Shown here piece after piece: positions 21,332 to 31,632 of a stretch of DNA of 64,000 nucleotides; the first letter of the stretch is position 1, and each line of letters opens with the position of its first letter. The DNA is from Candidatus Woesearchaeota archaeon (GTDB taxonomy: Archaea; Nanobdellota; Nanobdellia; Woesearchaeales; GW2011-AR15), in contig JAVZBY010000002.1 in assembly GCA_038874655.1 (NCBI GenBank), positions 86,040-150,039 on the forward strand, written 5' to 3'. Below the pieces are notes generated by a model. It was not told the DNA's origin, made no database searches, and worked only from the letters and a program-made list of their open reading frames with translations. The translations under genes and the position numbers were made by a program.

Positions 21332-22228
21332 ATTAATATTTTTTTCATTATTTTTCTGTTCATTAATTCTTTTTTTTAAATAATTTAGATTTAATCTATC
21401 TCTTATTTTTATAAATAAAAAAATAATTATAAAAAACAAAAGAAATATAACAACCAAATCCCACAAATTTTTCAAACTAAAATTTTTTAAATAATCTAAA
21501 ATAATTTCATAAATCTTTTTTTTTATTATTCTTTCTTCTTTTCTTGTTTCCATAAATGTCTTATTTTCTTTTACAAAAATATATTCAGTTTTTTTTCTGC
21601 ATTCTTCTATTTTTGGTTCAATTATTGTTCCAATTGCCCAATAATTTGTATTTTTATCAATCTTTTGTGTTGGTTTATCAACTAAAATAGTTTCCATAGG
21701 ACCAATAACAATATCATAATTCTCACTATAAAAATCAGCATCATTGACAGAGATCTTTTTTTCTTCAAAAGCTTTTTTTAAATTTTCTCCACCATAAACA
21801 CCATAGGGAAATTTGCTTTCATTAATATATGAAAAATTAACTTTAAATAAACCCCATTGATTTTCTAAATTAGTAATCTGTAAATTAGGATAAACATTAT
21901 TCCCTATTGTTATAACATTCCCACCAAAAGTAGAAAACCTAAAACTTCTGTTTTCACAAATTGTTTTCTCATAAGGAATGCTTTTATTTACTTCTCTAAT
22001 AACATAATAAGGAATATTTATGTAATCAATTCCATAATTAACCTCCAAATTTAAAAAAATAAAAAATAAAATTGAAATAATAATAAAAAAAACTAAAAAA
22101 AAAGGAAATTTTCTTTTAATTAGTATTTCTGATTTACAATTTTCACAAAGAATCTTCTTTTTAAATAAGAAACTTAATCTACTATAATTATTATGACAAT
22201 TACAATTTGGACATTTTATCTTTGCCAC
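21296..22228 (-). CDS. Membrane protein with N-terminal zinc ribbon, extracellular domain and two TM helices
   Basis: CPNC...CENC followed by two hydrophobic segments. GTG start. Confidence 0.7.
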   Translation of the reverse strand: MAKIKCPNCNCHNNYSRLSFLFKKKILCENCKSEILIKRKFPFFLVFFIIISILFFIFLNLEVNYGIDYINIPYYVIREVNKSIPYEKTICENRSFRFSTFGGNVITIGNNVYPNLQITNLENQWGLFKVNFSYINESKFPYGVYGGENLKKAFEEKKISVNDADFYSENYDIVIGPMETILVDKPTQKIDKNTNYWAIGTIIEPKIEECRKKTEYIFVKENKTFMETRKEERIIKKKIYEIILDYLKNFSLKNLWDLVVIFLLFFIIIFLFIKIRDRLNLNYLKKRINEQKNNEKNINLKKEKNLSPKS

Positions 22229-22304
22229 AAAATATCACAATAATTTTATTATAATTCTTTTTTAAAAAATTTTTCTTAAATTTTTCAATTAAAAAAATCT
22301 TATA

Positions 22305-22320
22305 GAAAACTATATAAACT
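22305..22320 (+). promoter_or_regulatory. Putative BRE/TATA promoter for 22356
   Basis: GAAAACTATATAAAC, with a purine-rich RBS-like GAGGGAAAGGGG before the ATG. Confidence 0.45.
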
Positions 22321-22355
22321 TAAAATATTCTATATAAATAGAGGGAAAGGGGAAA

Positions 22356-23429
22356 ATGGCTCTTTTTAAAAACTTATATTTGGATTTAAGTTATTTAAAC
22401 CCTTTTTCATATTTTAAAAAAAACAATAAAAGTGATAAAATCCAATATAATGATGTATCCAAAAATCAGGTTTATTCTTCAGAAGCATATTCAAATAATT
22501 TTAACAATCTAAAATTAGATGATAATATGTTAATTGATTCTCAAATCAATACAATCTCTAATGAAGAAAATGAAAAAACAGAAAACCTGGAATTGCCTGA
22601 TGTTTCCAAAAAACTTCTTTCTGAAAAAAATGAAACAGAAAAAAAGCTTCCAAAAATAAATATTGTTATGCCTCCTCCTTTGATTAATAATTCTGACTCA
22701 CAAACACCAATTAAAAATTCGGATGAAAAAAATATTTTATTGCACAATAAATTCAGTATAGAATCATCACAGCAATTACAAAATTCAAGTTATTTAAATC
22801 AAATAGATAAAAAGAATGAAGAATCATTTATAGAAAATACATCTTTTTCACACTCTTATTTTAACGATATCTATCATCAATTAAATACAAATCAGATAAA
22901 CAAATCTTTGTCAAATAAAATTTATAATCCTAATTTATTAGAAGAAATGCAAACTTTTTGGAAACTTAAAAAAGAAGAGATAAATCAAATCAAATTTAAT
23001 TCAACAGTCAAAACAGAATTATTAAAAAAATTAACAGAATTACAAAAATTAGAAACAGAGTGGCAGAATCTTCAATTACAAAGCGAAAAAATCAATGATT
23101 TACTCTTTTCAAAGGAGATTCTTATAGAAAATCAAGTAAAACAAATAAAAAAATTGTTTAAAAAACTACATTTAACTGTAAATGCACCATTAAATCAAGA
23201 ATTTATATTATCAAATGGTAATAGAATTTATAATCTTAATGAATTAATTAATATTCTAAAGAATATAGAGGATAATATCTTTTTTTATCATGTTAATGAC
23301 AATAAAAATGATTTTTATAACTGGATAAGAGACGTTTTTGGCTTTAATGAGTTAGCAGATCAAATAAAAAATATAAAAGATAAAAATCAAATGGCAGATA
23401 TAATAGAAAAATGGGCTAATCATATTTAA
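22356..23429 (+). CDS. Cytoplasmic protein with a low-complexity N-terminus, coiled coil and C-terminal DUF5752-like domain
   Basis: FILSNG..I.NL.EL...FFYHVN..KNDF..W matches the C-terminus of 39456. The family name is from memory. Confidence 0.7.
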   Translation: MALFKNLYLDLSYLNPFSYFKKNNKSDKIQYNDVSKNQVYSSEAYSNNFNNLKLDDNMLIDSQINTISNEENEKTENLELPDVSKKLLSEKNETEKKLPKINIVMPPPLINNSDSQTPIKNSDEKNILLHNKFSIESSQQLQNSSYLNQIDKKNEESFIENTSFSHSYFNDIYHQLNTNQINKSLSNKIYNPNLLEEMQTFWKLKKEEINQIKFNSTVKTELLKKLTELQKLETEWQNLQLQSEKINDLLFSKEILIENQVKQIKKLFKKLHLTVNAPLNQEFILSNGNRIYNLNELINILKNIEDNIFFYHVNDNKNDFYNWIRDVFGFNELADQIKNIKDKNQMADIIEKWANHI

Positions 23430-23546
23430 GTTAATTCTATTTTTTGATTTATACTTAATTTTTTTATATTTATGACAAATAGGTTCTCTAATTTTTTCCT
23501 TTTTTATACTTTTTTAATTCTTTTTTATAGATTTCTTAATCAAAAT

Positions 23547-23630
23547 CGAAAGATTTAAATATATGTTAGTATACTAATTTGTATATTAATACATAAAAAT
23601 AGTATTTTTGTATGCTAAAATACAAAAATA
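23547..23630 (+). promoter_or_regulatory. BRE/TATA promoter followed by two inverted repeats (candidate operators)
   Basis: CGAAAGATTTAAATA at 23547-23561. Palindrome TTAGTATACTAA at 23566-23577. TATTTTTGTAT-N6-ATACAAAAATA at 23603-23630. Confidence 0.6.
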
Positions 23631-23722
23631 AATAAAAAGTATATCAAAATATATTTTACAATATTAAAATACTATTTTATTGTAAATTTGTTGCAAAAAA
23701 ACAAAACAAGCAAGCATATCCT

Positions 23723-23743
23723 TAGCTTTTTAAAAAAAAGCTA
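23723..23743 (+). other. Hairpin in the leader, just upstream of the RBS of 23759
   Basis: TAGCTTTTT-aaa-AAAAAGCTA, followed by GCAGGTG before the ATG. Confidence 0.4.
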
Positions 23744-23758
23744 GCAAGCAGGTGTAAA

Positions 23759-23968
23759 ATGAAACCAACTGAATGGGTTAAATTAGTTTATAGTGAAACC
23801 CCTGATAAAGCAAATGTAAAACAGGGTTTTCTTTATGATGAGGGAGATTTCTATAGAATTGTTGGTTCTAATTCTGAAACACTTGTAAGAAAAGTCAATG
23901 TCATCTCTATTACTAAAAAAATTAATTTTGAAAAAAAGGTGAGAAACTATGAAAGAATTAGGCTATAA
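23759..23968 (+). CDS. Small beta-rich protein (possible Sm/SH3-like barrel)
   Basis: 69 aa with an AGGTG RBS and strand pattern VKLVY..G.L.DEGDFYRI..TLVRK.NVISI. Overlaps the next gene. Confidence 0.65.
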   Translation: MKPTEWVKLVYSETPDKANVKQGFLYDEGDFYRIVGSNSETLVRKVNVISITKKINFEKKVRNYERIRL

Positions 23969-24746
23969 ATTATTAACTTATTTATCAGTTGTTTTTGTTT
24001 TTTTAATTGCATTTTTTTATGCAAATGCAATTGAAGTCCCAATGGGAGCACAAACAGTAACAGAAGGATATGAATCCACAATTAACAATAGTAATTATCC
24101 TCCAGCATCAATTCAAGCATATGCTGGTAATATCTCACAATTGACAATCTTTGGTAGATCACAAACAAAACACTGGCAAGGTTATTATGGTGAAGTTTCA
24201 GGTGTAATTGTTTTGGATGATGCACAAAACTGGACAATGTATGACTGGCCAAACCCAGAACCAAAAGGTGAAATATATGCAACAGTTAGTGCAACAACAC
24301 CTATCTGGAATACAATAAGATGCTTTAATTACTCTGGAACAGAGGCAGGCAGCACAAATAACACCTTTTACTGGGAATCATTTTACAACATGACCTTTAA
24401 TGATGTTGACGGAATTGATGAAACTTTCAATATTACACAGCATCCAACTTTTGATGTAGGTGAATTTACAATCACAGAAAACACATGTCCAAGTACATTC
24501 ACACATGTTAATGACCAATGGCAAGAACAAAGATTTGTAGAAATTTTATTACAAGATGCAAACGGTCTTTTAATCTTTACAACAATAATAGAAAATAAAG
24601 ATGAAGGTATTAATGATGATGTTGTTGGTTATAATGGAGTTACTCATGACTTTCAATTATTAGTTGCAGAAGATGGTACAAGTAGATCAGGTGGAGCTAG
24701 AAACCAAGACACAACAACATATTACTTTTACTTAGATTTAGAATAA
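23949..24746 (+). CDS. Secreted family-A protein 1 (putative filament or surface subunit)
   Basis: Signal peptide, WQGYYGEVSG, two Cys, C-terminal HDFQ...YYFYLDLE, no TM anchor. Confidence 0.85.
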   Translation: MKELGYKLLTYLSVVFVFLIAFFYANAIEVPMGAQTVTEGYESTINNSNYPPASIQAYAGNISQLTIFGRSQTKHWQGYYGEVSGVIVLDDAQNWTMYDWPNPEPKGEIYATVSATTPIWNTIRCFNYSGTEAGSTNNTFYWESFYNMTFNDVDGIDETFNITQHPTFDVGEFTITENTCPSTFTHVNDQWQEQRFVEILLQDANGLLIFTTIIENKDEGINDDVVGYNGVTHDFQLLVAEDGTSRSGGARNQDTTTYYFYLDLE

Positions 24747-24850
24747 AAGTACTTTTATTTTTTTAATAAAATTATAATAAAAAATTATGATAAAAAGCAA
24801 AGTAGGTTTAAGATAAGGAAAAAAGGTAAGAAGGCTAGGAGGCAAAAATC

Positions 24851-25624
24851 ATGAAAAATTTCCAAGAAAGCAAAGGAAAAGAAATGACAAAAGTAGTCAT
24901 TTCTATCATGATTTTTGCCTCTCTATTATTTTCCTTAATAATAGCACAATTGATAATAGTTAAAGCAGACCCTGATGGTGCGGATGTTGTTTATATAACT
25001 AATTCAAGTAAAGTTGCAAAAACCCCTGATAATAGAACAGATGCAAAAGGAACTATAACAACTATTTTTTTAAATACAGTTCAGCAAAACATAAGATGGA
25101 AAGCATATGTAGGAAATGTATCAGGTAAATTAGTTTTAAGGGATGCAGAACAATACAGCATTTATGAATGGCCAGCAATGGCAAACCCAGATGGTGTTAT
25201 TTTTATAACAATGAATCAAAGTATAGATTGGACTACTATTCAATGTGCAAACACAAGTGATATACAAAACTTTCAATTATCATTAGGTCATAGTAATTCA
25301 GCTCTTGATAATGTTAATAATACCTTTAATACAAAAATTCATCAAAGTTTTGATGTAGGTGTAAAGCCATTTTCAAGTAATCAATGTTGGTCAGCATTTC
25401 CTTGGGTAAATAACTCAGCACAAACACCTAGTACAAATGCTTTATTTCAAGAAGTTTTACTTATGGATGCAAACAGAAGAATTATTTTTGCTTCATTAAT
25501 TGATCAAGATACTCAAAGTTATAGAAATGATGGTACAACAAAATATGATTTTCAAGCTTTAGTTCCTGATTACACTAGTGCAGAAAATGCACTTTATTAT
25601 TTTTATGTTGAAATATCTGGATAA
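24851..25624 (+). CDS. Secreted family-A protein 2
   Basis: Signal peptide, WKAYVGNVSG, DNVNNTF, YDFQALVP...YYFYVEISG. GGAGG RBS. Confidence 0.85.
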   Translation: MKNFQESKGKEMTKVVISIMIFASLLFSLIIAQLIIVKADPDGADVVYITNSSKVAKTPDNRTDAKGTITTIFLNTVQQNIRWKAYVGNVSGKLVLRDAEQYSIYEWPAMANPDGVIFITMNQSIDWTTIQCANTSDIQNFQLSLGHSNSALDNVNNTFNTKIHQSFDVGVKPFSSNQCWSAFPWVNNSAQTPSTNALFQEVLLMDANRRIIFASLIDQDTQSYRNDGTTKYDFQALVPDYTSAENALYYFYVEISG

Positions 25625-25668
25625 AAATAAATTAAATTATTGACTATAATAAAAAGGAAAAGATAAAA

Positions 25669-26592
25669 ATGGAAAATGTAATGCCAAGCAAAACAGAGCA
25701 AAACCTTATTTTAATAGGTTTATCTCTATTATTTGTAGCTTGGCTTCTATTATTGATTGAACCCTTGATAAATAGTCAACCTTATAATTCAACAGCATTA
25801 GTTAACACAACAGTTAATATAACAAATTCAGCTCCAATGGTTTATAATGTTTTTTTAGATACACCAATTAATTTAATAGCTTATGGTAATAAAACAGTAT
25901 ATTGTAATGCTACAATTTTTGATTTTGATAATCAAACTATTGCAGTTAATGCTACTCTATACATTGTTGGTATAACAGATGAAAATTCACCAGATGATGG
26001 CAATGATCATTATACAAATACAAGTTGTACAAGAGTAAGTCCACAAGATAGAGAAATGCAATACAGATGTGCATTTTCAGTAAGATATTATGCTAATAAT
26101 AATACTAATTGGCGTTGTAATGTTACAGCTATAGATACAGGTAATGCAATTAACTCAAATATTTCAAATTTAGCAACAATAAATCCTTTAGTTGCTATAA
26201 AATTACCCCCTTTAATTGATTATGGTGATTTAGCAGTTTGGGATATTTCACAAGATATAGATGCTAATGTAACAAACGCAGGAAACAGAGACGCAAATAT
26301 CTCTGTAGAAGGATGGGGCTCAACCCCTGGAGATGGCTTAGCATTTGTTTGTGATTTTGGGTCAATAGCAATATCTTATGAAAGATATGACATTACAACA
26401 GGAACAAACTATAATTTAATGTCTCAATTAAGTACTACAACAACAATGATTCAAAACTTTTATGTTCCTCAAAGAACAAGCGAAATATATGATTCAATTA
26501 ACTCAACATGGTGGAAAGTACAAATTCCAATAGGCGCAGGTGGTGTTTGTAATGGAACAATCTTATTTACAGCAACAGATAGAGGGAATTAA
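25669..26592 (+). CDS. Secreted family-B protein 1 (putative filament or surface subunit)
   Basis: Signal helix, SQPYN...VNITNSAP, C-terminal GAGGVCNGTILFTATDRGN. Paralog of 42685. Confidence 0.85.
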   Translation: MENVMPSKTEQNLILIGLSLLFVAWLLLLIEPLINSQPYNSTALVNTTVNITNSAPMVYNVFLDTPINLIAYGNKTVYCNATIFDFDNQTIAVNATLYIVGITDENSPDDGNDHYTNTSCTRVSPQDREMQYRCAFSVRYYANNNTNWRCNVTAIDTGNAINSNISNLATINPLVAIKLPPLIDYGDLAVWDISQDIDANVTNAGNRDANISVEGWGSTPGDGLAFVCDFGSIAISYERYDITTGTNYNLMSQLSTTTTMIQNFYVPQRTSEIYDSINSTWWKVQIPIGAGGVCNGTILFTATDRGN

Positions 26593-26603
26593 TTTTTTTC
26601 TTC

Positions 26604-28511
26604 TTATTCTTTGTTAATATTTTCTTTATCTTGCTTTTCATCTTGTGTATTTTTTTTAGTATCTATTTGACTATTTTCTTTGTTATCTTTAAACTCATTA
26701 TTAAGCTCTTCTTCCACTTCTTTTTCTTCTCTCAATTTTTTATATTGCAGTAATATATCTTTATGAGTTTTTTGTATTAATAATAAACTTCTTTTTAAAT
26801 TATTCAATTTCTTATTTTCATCAGAATCATCATTAAATTGGTAATTATTTATTTCTTCTATAGTGTTAATTAAATAATCTTGGCTTTCAATAGGATATTT
26901 GCTTTTATTATTATGAAGTTCCATTATTGAAAATCGTATATCTTTTAAACAAACAGCTAAATTTTTATCAATATTTTTATAATTAATATAATTCAATATA
27001 TTTAATGCTTTAATCTCTTCTTTTCTTATTTCTTCAAATTCAATTTTTATTAATTTTTCTAAATAATCTTCATGTTCCAATATTGTTTTCCTTAATTTAT
27101 TTTTTTTCCTTTTTTCATCATAAACATAATTTTTTATAATTACATAAATAATTAAAGGAATTATAATTAAAATCATCAAAAATATCCAAACCTCAATTTC
27201 ACAAAAATAATATAAATACATAGAAACAGCAATTTCTAATAATATAATAATCAAAATAAAAACTTTTAGATTTCTGTTTAAATCATATATTTTTATTAAT
27301 TGTTCTATTTTTCTTAATTTTTTAAACTCCTTGCTGTTTTTAATTTTTAATGTATATGCTTTTCCTATTAAATATATTAATAAACTAAAAACAGATGCTA
27401 ATAAAACAAATAGCCATGGGAAATCACCACAACCCTTTGCTAAAAAAATAGCAATAGTACTAGGTTTTTCTAAGCTAGGTTTTTCACATGGCTGACAAGG
27501 GCCTCCGCAATCTATTTGCTCTTCTCCTTGATTTTTAAAACCATCATTACAAGTAGGCTCTTCACAAATATTTTTAGTTGGATTACAAAAACCAGATTTA
27601 CAATCATAATCAAATAAGCATTTTTTACCTAAATCACATGGCTTGCATTTTAGACCTCCACAATCAACATCAGTTTCATCTTGGTTTCTTAAAAGATCAA
27701 AACAGGTTCCTAAATAAATACAGGTTCTATTTAATTCAGGTTTTAAAAATTCTGTTGTACAATTATTTCTATCAAAACATTCTCTATTTTGAATTTCAGT
27801 TATAGGACATTCTTCAGGAAACCATTCACTACAAAGCCAATCTTCTTGACAATATGCAGATGTTAAATTTTGATTTCCTAAACCTTCTGCACTTCCAGTA
27901 GCATAACCCCCTGTGCCACCACCAGTACCACCTCCAGCACTAGCTCCACCACCTCCTGCAGAAGCACTTCCTTCTGTACTTCCAGTAGCATTGCCACTTC
28001 CAGACCCTGTTCCAGATTGATTACTAGGACATTTACCACAATCTTCTTGACAAACAATACAATTTTCTGTAATTTCACAATGTCCATTTCCACATCTAGG
28101 GTTAGGTGTTATATTAACCATTTGATAATTCAATCCATAAAAATCACTATACCAAACCGTATCTCCTATAGTTAATGCAGTTTCATTATTTATCTTAAAA
28201 ATAATATTTTGTCCAAACACAGCACCTTCTATTTTGTTAGTATAATTGTCATCACCTAAACATGTTAAAACACCATAATAACCAGGATTTATAATAGAAA
28301 AAGAACCACAACTTATATTTCCTGCATAAACATCAATCTTTGTTCCAACACTTAAAGGACTATTATTTAGATCAAGCCATGTTGCAGTTCCATAAAACTC
28401 AGTAGGAATAGGAGGAATAGCCGTAGAAATATATAATAAACAAATAAACAATACACTTAAAAAAATTTTAATAAACTCTTTCTTACTTATTTTTTTAATA
28501 ATTCTTTTCAT
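26604..28511 (-). CDS. Membrane-anchored surface protein with N-terminal PP-start beta domain, Gly/Ser linker, Cys-rich DCGG repeats, three TM helices and coiled-coil tail
   Basis: PPIPTEFYG, GSGSG/GGGG linker, NQDETDVDCGG and NQGEEQIDCGG, hydrophobic helices. Confidence 0.8.
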   Translation of the reverse strand: MKRIIKKISKKEFIKIFLSVLFICLLYISTAIPPIPTEFYGTATWLDLNNSPLSVGTKIDVYAGNISCGSFSIINPGYYGVLTCLGDDNYTNKIEGAVFGQNIIFKINNETALTIGDTVWYSDFYGLNYQMVNITPNPRCGNGHCEITENCIVCQEDCGKCPSNQSGTGSGSGNATGSTEGSASAGGGGASAGGGTGGGTGGYATGSAEGLGNQNLTSAYCQEDWLCSEWFPEECPITEIQNRECFDRNNCTTEFLKPELNRTCIYLGTCFDLLRNQDETDVDCGGLKCKPCDLGKKCLFDYDCKSGFCNPTKNICEEPTCNDGFKNQGEEQIDCGGPCQPCEKPSLEKPSTIAIFLAKGCGDFPWLFVLLASVFSLLIYLIGKAYTLKIKNSKEFKKLRKIEQLIKIYDLNRNLKVFILIIILLEIAVSMYLYYFCEIEVWIFLMILIIIPLIIYVIIKNYVYDEKRKKNKLRKTILEHEDYLEKLIKIEFEEIRKEEIKALNILNYINYKNIDKNLAVCLKDIRFSIMELHNNKSKYPIESQDYLINTIEEINNYQFNDDSDENKKLNNLKRSLLLIQKTHKDILLQYKKLREEKEVEEELNNEFKDNKENSQIDTKKNTQDEKQDKENINKE

Positions 28512-28537
28512 CTTTTTTTATTATTTTGTTTTTTTTA

Positions 28538-29314
28538 TTAATTTATGATAAATTCTTGAGAGTTTATCATAAAAATCCAATAACCATAATTTACATAAGT
28601 GTAATTAAAATTATTTTTACTAGGTAAACTTGTATTCCAAGTATATTCTTTCCACTTTTCTAAACCCTCTGATGCATTATACATATAAACATAATCAAAA
28701 TTTGGAATTAATCTTTCAAAAGTTTCATTAAAAGCTTTATTATTTAAACTAGGAAAACCAATTAAATTCCAACCAGGCACTAATCTAATTAAAGTTGGTG
28801 TAGCTAAACTTCCATTTATTTCTAGTTGTGTTTTATTTTCAACATAAAGCCAATATCCTTCTCTTCTTGAAATAAAACGCAAATCTTGAACTGTCCAATT
28901 TGGTAAATTAGGGTTATAACTTTTCCAAGGGTCGTTTAAATCATTAGGATCATAAGCAATTAAAGTTTCAAAACTTTTATTTTCTCCAAAAAATAAATTT
29001 AAACTCATATCATCACCCAAACAATTGAAAGAAATTAAATTCCAGCCTTTTTCTAAAGTTAAATTACAAAAATTTCCAACTTTTGTTAGAATTATTAATC
29101 TAGTACCCAAAATTTGAAAACCTGTTATTCCTTTATACCCATAATTAAAATAAAATATAATATAACTTAAACTACCCAGCAAAAATACTAAAAAAAAGAT
29201 AAAACTAAAGAATCTTTTATTTTCTTTTAAATTTATTATATTTCTTTTTATATTTTTAAATCTATTTTCAATCAATAATTTTCTATATTTTTCTTTTAAT
29301 TTATTTTGCTTCAT
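28538..29314 (-). CDS. Membrane-anchored protein with tandem GWNLI...GYW beta domains
   Basis: LEKGWNLISF...EGYWL and LVPGWNLIGF...YGYWI. Similar to the C-terminus of the 3840-aa protein. Confidence 0.8.
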   Translation of the reverse strand: MKQNKLKEKYRKLLIENRFKNIKRNIINLKENKRFFSFIFFLVFLLGSLSYIIFYFNYGYKGITGFQILGTRLIILTKVGNFCNLTLEKGWNLISFNCLGDDMSLNLFFGENKSFETLIAYDPNDLNDPWKSYNPNLPNWTVQDLRFISRREGYWLYVENKTQLEINGSLATPTLIRLVPGWNLIGFPSLNNKAFNETFERLIPNFDYVYMYNASEGLEKWKEYTWNTSLPSKNNFNYTYVNYGYWIFMINSQEFIIN

Positions 29315-29323
29315 TTTTAATAT

Positions 29324-29587
29324 TTACTTTTTGTCAAATAATAATTTCAATTTTTTTGTTTTTTCATTCTCTTTTAACTTATAAATCTTAAATTTTGATA
29401 TATATTTAATTTCTAAAAAATCATTTTTTACTAACTTATTAATAATTCTAAATGTAGTACTCAAAGGTACTTTTGATTCAATAGAAACTTTGTTAATATG
29501 ATAAAATTCATTAGGGTTTTTTAAAAAAATATTGATTATTTTTTCTGTTTTTTTATCAATTAAACCAGATAAAAAATTCATAACCAA
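29324..29587 (-). CDS. Small winged-helix DNA-binding protein
   Basis: YHINKVSIESKVPLSTTFRIINKLVKNDFL...IYKL wHTH pattern. Confidence 0.8.
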   Translation of the reverse strand: MVMNFLSGLIDKKTEKIINIFLKNPNEFYHINKVSIESKVPLSTTFRIINKLVKNDFLEIKYISKFKIYKLKENEKTKKLKLLFDKK

Positions 29588-29746
29588 ATAATTGTTTTTT
29601 TAATATATAAATATTTTCTTTTTTAAAATAAATTTTTTATTTTTAAAAAAATATTTTCATTTTTGAAAAATAATTTTTTAATAGATTAATTTTTAATCTT
29701 ATTAATACTAATTCACAAAATTAGAAAAAGTTTTATTATATATTCT

Positions 29747-31546
29747 TTAAATCTCACTACCACATTTTTTGCAATGCTTTGCTCTTAATTTATTAATTTC
29801 TCCACATTTAGGACATTTCTTTTTCATTCCAAGTATCAATAGTATTAATATTATAATTATAATTAATGGGAAATAAACAATTATTTCTTTTAATAGTTCA
29901 CCTGTCATAAATCCTATTCCTGTAAAGTTATAAGAAAATTCACCTTCTAAAATATTTACTAATGCCCTTTCTCTTTCTCCGTAATAAGCCCTTACATTAA
30001 TAGTAGGATTATTTGCTAAATCTTGCTCACTCATCTCAACTTTTATTTCAATAAATACAGATTGCCCCTTTTTTATAAAAACAACCTTTTCACTGCCAAC
30101 AGTTATTAATTCGTCATTTACATTTAAATCAAAAATTTCTAAACTTACAAAAACATCTGTATTTCCGGTATTTTTAATCTCTATTAAAAATTTGCCACTT
30201 CTTTTATCATACATTACTTTTCCAAATTCAATTTTACTAGAATCAGAAACTTCACTTGTTTCAACTGTAATTGTTTTTCTTAATGTGTATTCTAATGATT
30301 TTTTTGATTCACCATAAATAGTGAAAACATCAGCAGTTATAGTTCCTTGCATTCTATCCAGAGGAGAACCGTCAGATTTTTTTGTGTAAATAATTGTTTT
30401 ATATTGACCTTTATCAATAAATAATGCCTCCTCATCACCTAATATTTGAGTGTTTTCTCCATTATTACCATATTTTAATGTTATAGTTCCTTTGAAATAT
30501 GCTGATAAATCAACTTTATTTTGATAAGTTAATTCGATTCTATTTTGTATTCTATTATAAACAATTTTAAAAATATCCAAATCTAGCATATATCTTGGCA
30601 AATAAAATCTGTCTAAATCTTCTACAGGTGAAATTGTAGAAGTTGGTTGTCTTGCTGATTGTGCAAATTTAACAAAAACACTAATGCCTAATTCTCTTCT
30701 AATAAATGTAGCACTTCCAATTAATTCATTTCCAATTAAAATTCCTATGCTGATATCACTTTTTTTTATATAATCTTTAACTTGGTCAGGCACATTACCT
30801 CTTCCAATAAAAACAACTGGCTCTACACCAGACATAATCTCTTGTTCTATAAACTCACCATTAGTTAAAATTGCTTGTTTTTTAGGTTCACCAAATAATT
30901 TTTTATGTACTTCTTGATATTTATCAACTATTTTTTGATTATTCAGAAATCTGTCTTGCTCATTTATAATTTCTGGTTTAAACTCATTTAGCTTTTCTTT
31001 AACTTCTCTATCAACTTGTCCATAAATTATCAATGAATTTACTGTTCTTGATTTTAAAAAATCATAAACACTATTAATATTTCTTTTGTTTGCAAACAAA
31101 ACATAAGATTTTGTTAAAGCTGCATATGGAGCTACAGAAATTGCATTATATCCATAAGAATCATCTACAACAATATAATCAATAACATTGTTAGGCAATC
31201 TTCTTCCTAACTCTAAATTAACATTATTTAATTTTAATTCTTCGACATAATTAAATCCCTTTGATTCTAAAACTGGTTTATAACCCACTACAAAAGGTTT
31301 TTGATTTGAACTAACTATTACGATATTATTATTTTTATTTAATTGGTTTATTAATAGTGTTGAATGTCTTGTAGATACTAAAAAAAAGGAATTTCCTCCA
31401 TTTAAATTTGCGAACTGCATTGTTGAATATACATCTTGCCAATTAGCAGAATTACTAACAAAAGTTGTGGCTCTTTGTGAATAAACATCTGGCATTATGA
31501 AACCTAAAATAAATAAAAACAATATTAAAAAAAATTTTTTTTTCAT
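29747..31546 (-). CDS. Secreted, membrane-anchored protein with alpha/beta repeats (cell-wall-binding-2-like), Ig/CARDB-like domain, TM helix and C-terminal zinc ribbon
   Basis: Start moved to the ATG at 31546 because AGGTGG RBS and MKKK signal peptide fit there. C-terminal TM followed by CPKC...CKKC. Confidence 0.7.
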   Translation of the reverse strand: MKKKFFLILFLFILGFIMPDVYSQRATTFVSNSANWQDVYSTMQFANLNGGNSFFLVSTRHSTLLINQLNKNNNIVIVSSNQKPFVVGYKPVLESKGFNYVEELKLNNVNLELGRRLPNNVIDYIVVDDSYGYNAISVAPYAALTKSYVLFANKRNINSVYDFLKSRTVNSLIIYGQVDREVKEKLNEFKPEIINEQDRFLNNQKIVDKYQEVHKKLFGEPKKQAILTNGEFIEQEIMSGVEPVVFIGRGNVPDQVKDYIKKSDISIGILIGNELIGSATFIRRELGISVFVKFAQSARQPTSTISPVEDLDRFYLPRYMLDLDIFKIVYNRIQNRIELTYQNKVDLSAYFKGTITLKYGNNGENTQILGDEEALFIDKGQYKTIIYTKKSDGSPLDRMQGTITADVFTIYGESKKSLEYTLRKTITVETSEVSDSSKIEFGKVMYDKRSGKFLIEIKNTGNTDVFVSLEIFDLNVNDELITVGSEKVVFIKKGQSVFIEIKVEMSEQDLANNPTINVRAYYGERERALVNILEGEFSYNFTGIGFMTGELLKEIIVYFPLIIIIILILLILGMKKKCPKCGEINKLRAKHCKKCGSEI

Positions 31547-31632
31547 AAAGCCACCTTTTTTCATAAATACTAAAAACACGAACCAATTTTAAATTTTTCT
31601 ATGCACATTGACTATCTAAAATTATTTTTTAT

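Noticed and set aside
23949-26592. Type IV pilins or archaellins
   Set aside because: No class III signal peptide pattern, and no assembly ATPase or TadC-like gene in the window.
27895-28020. GC-rich patch as an RNA gene
   Set aside because: It is explained by the Gly/Ser/Ala linker codons of the 26604-28511 gene.
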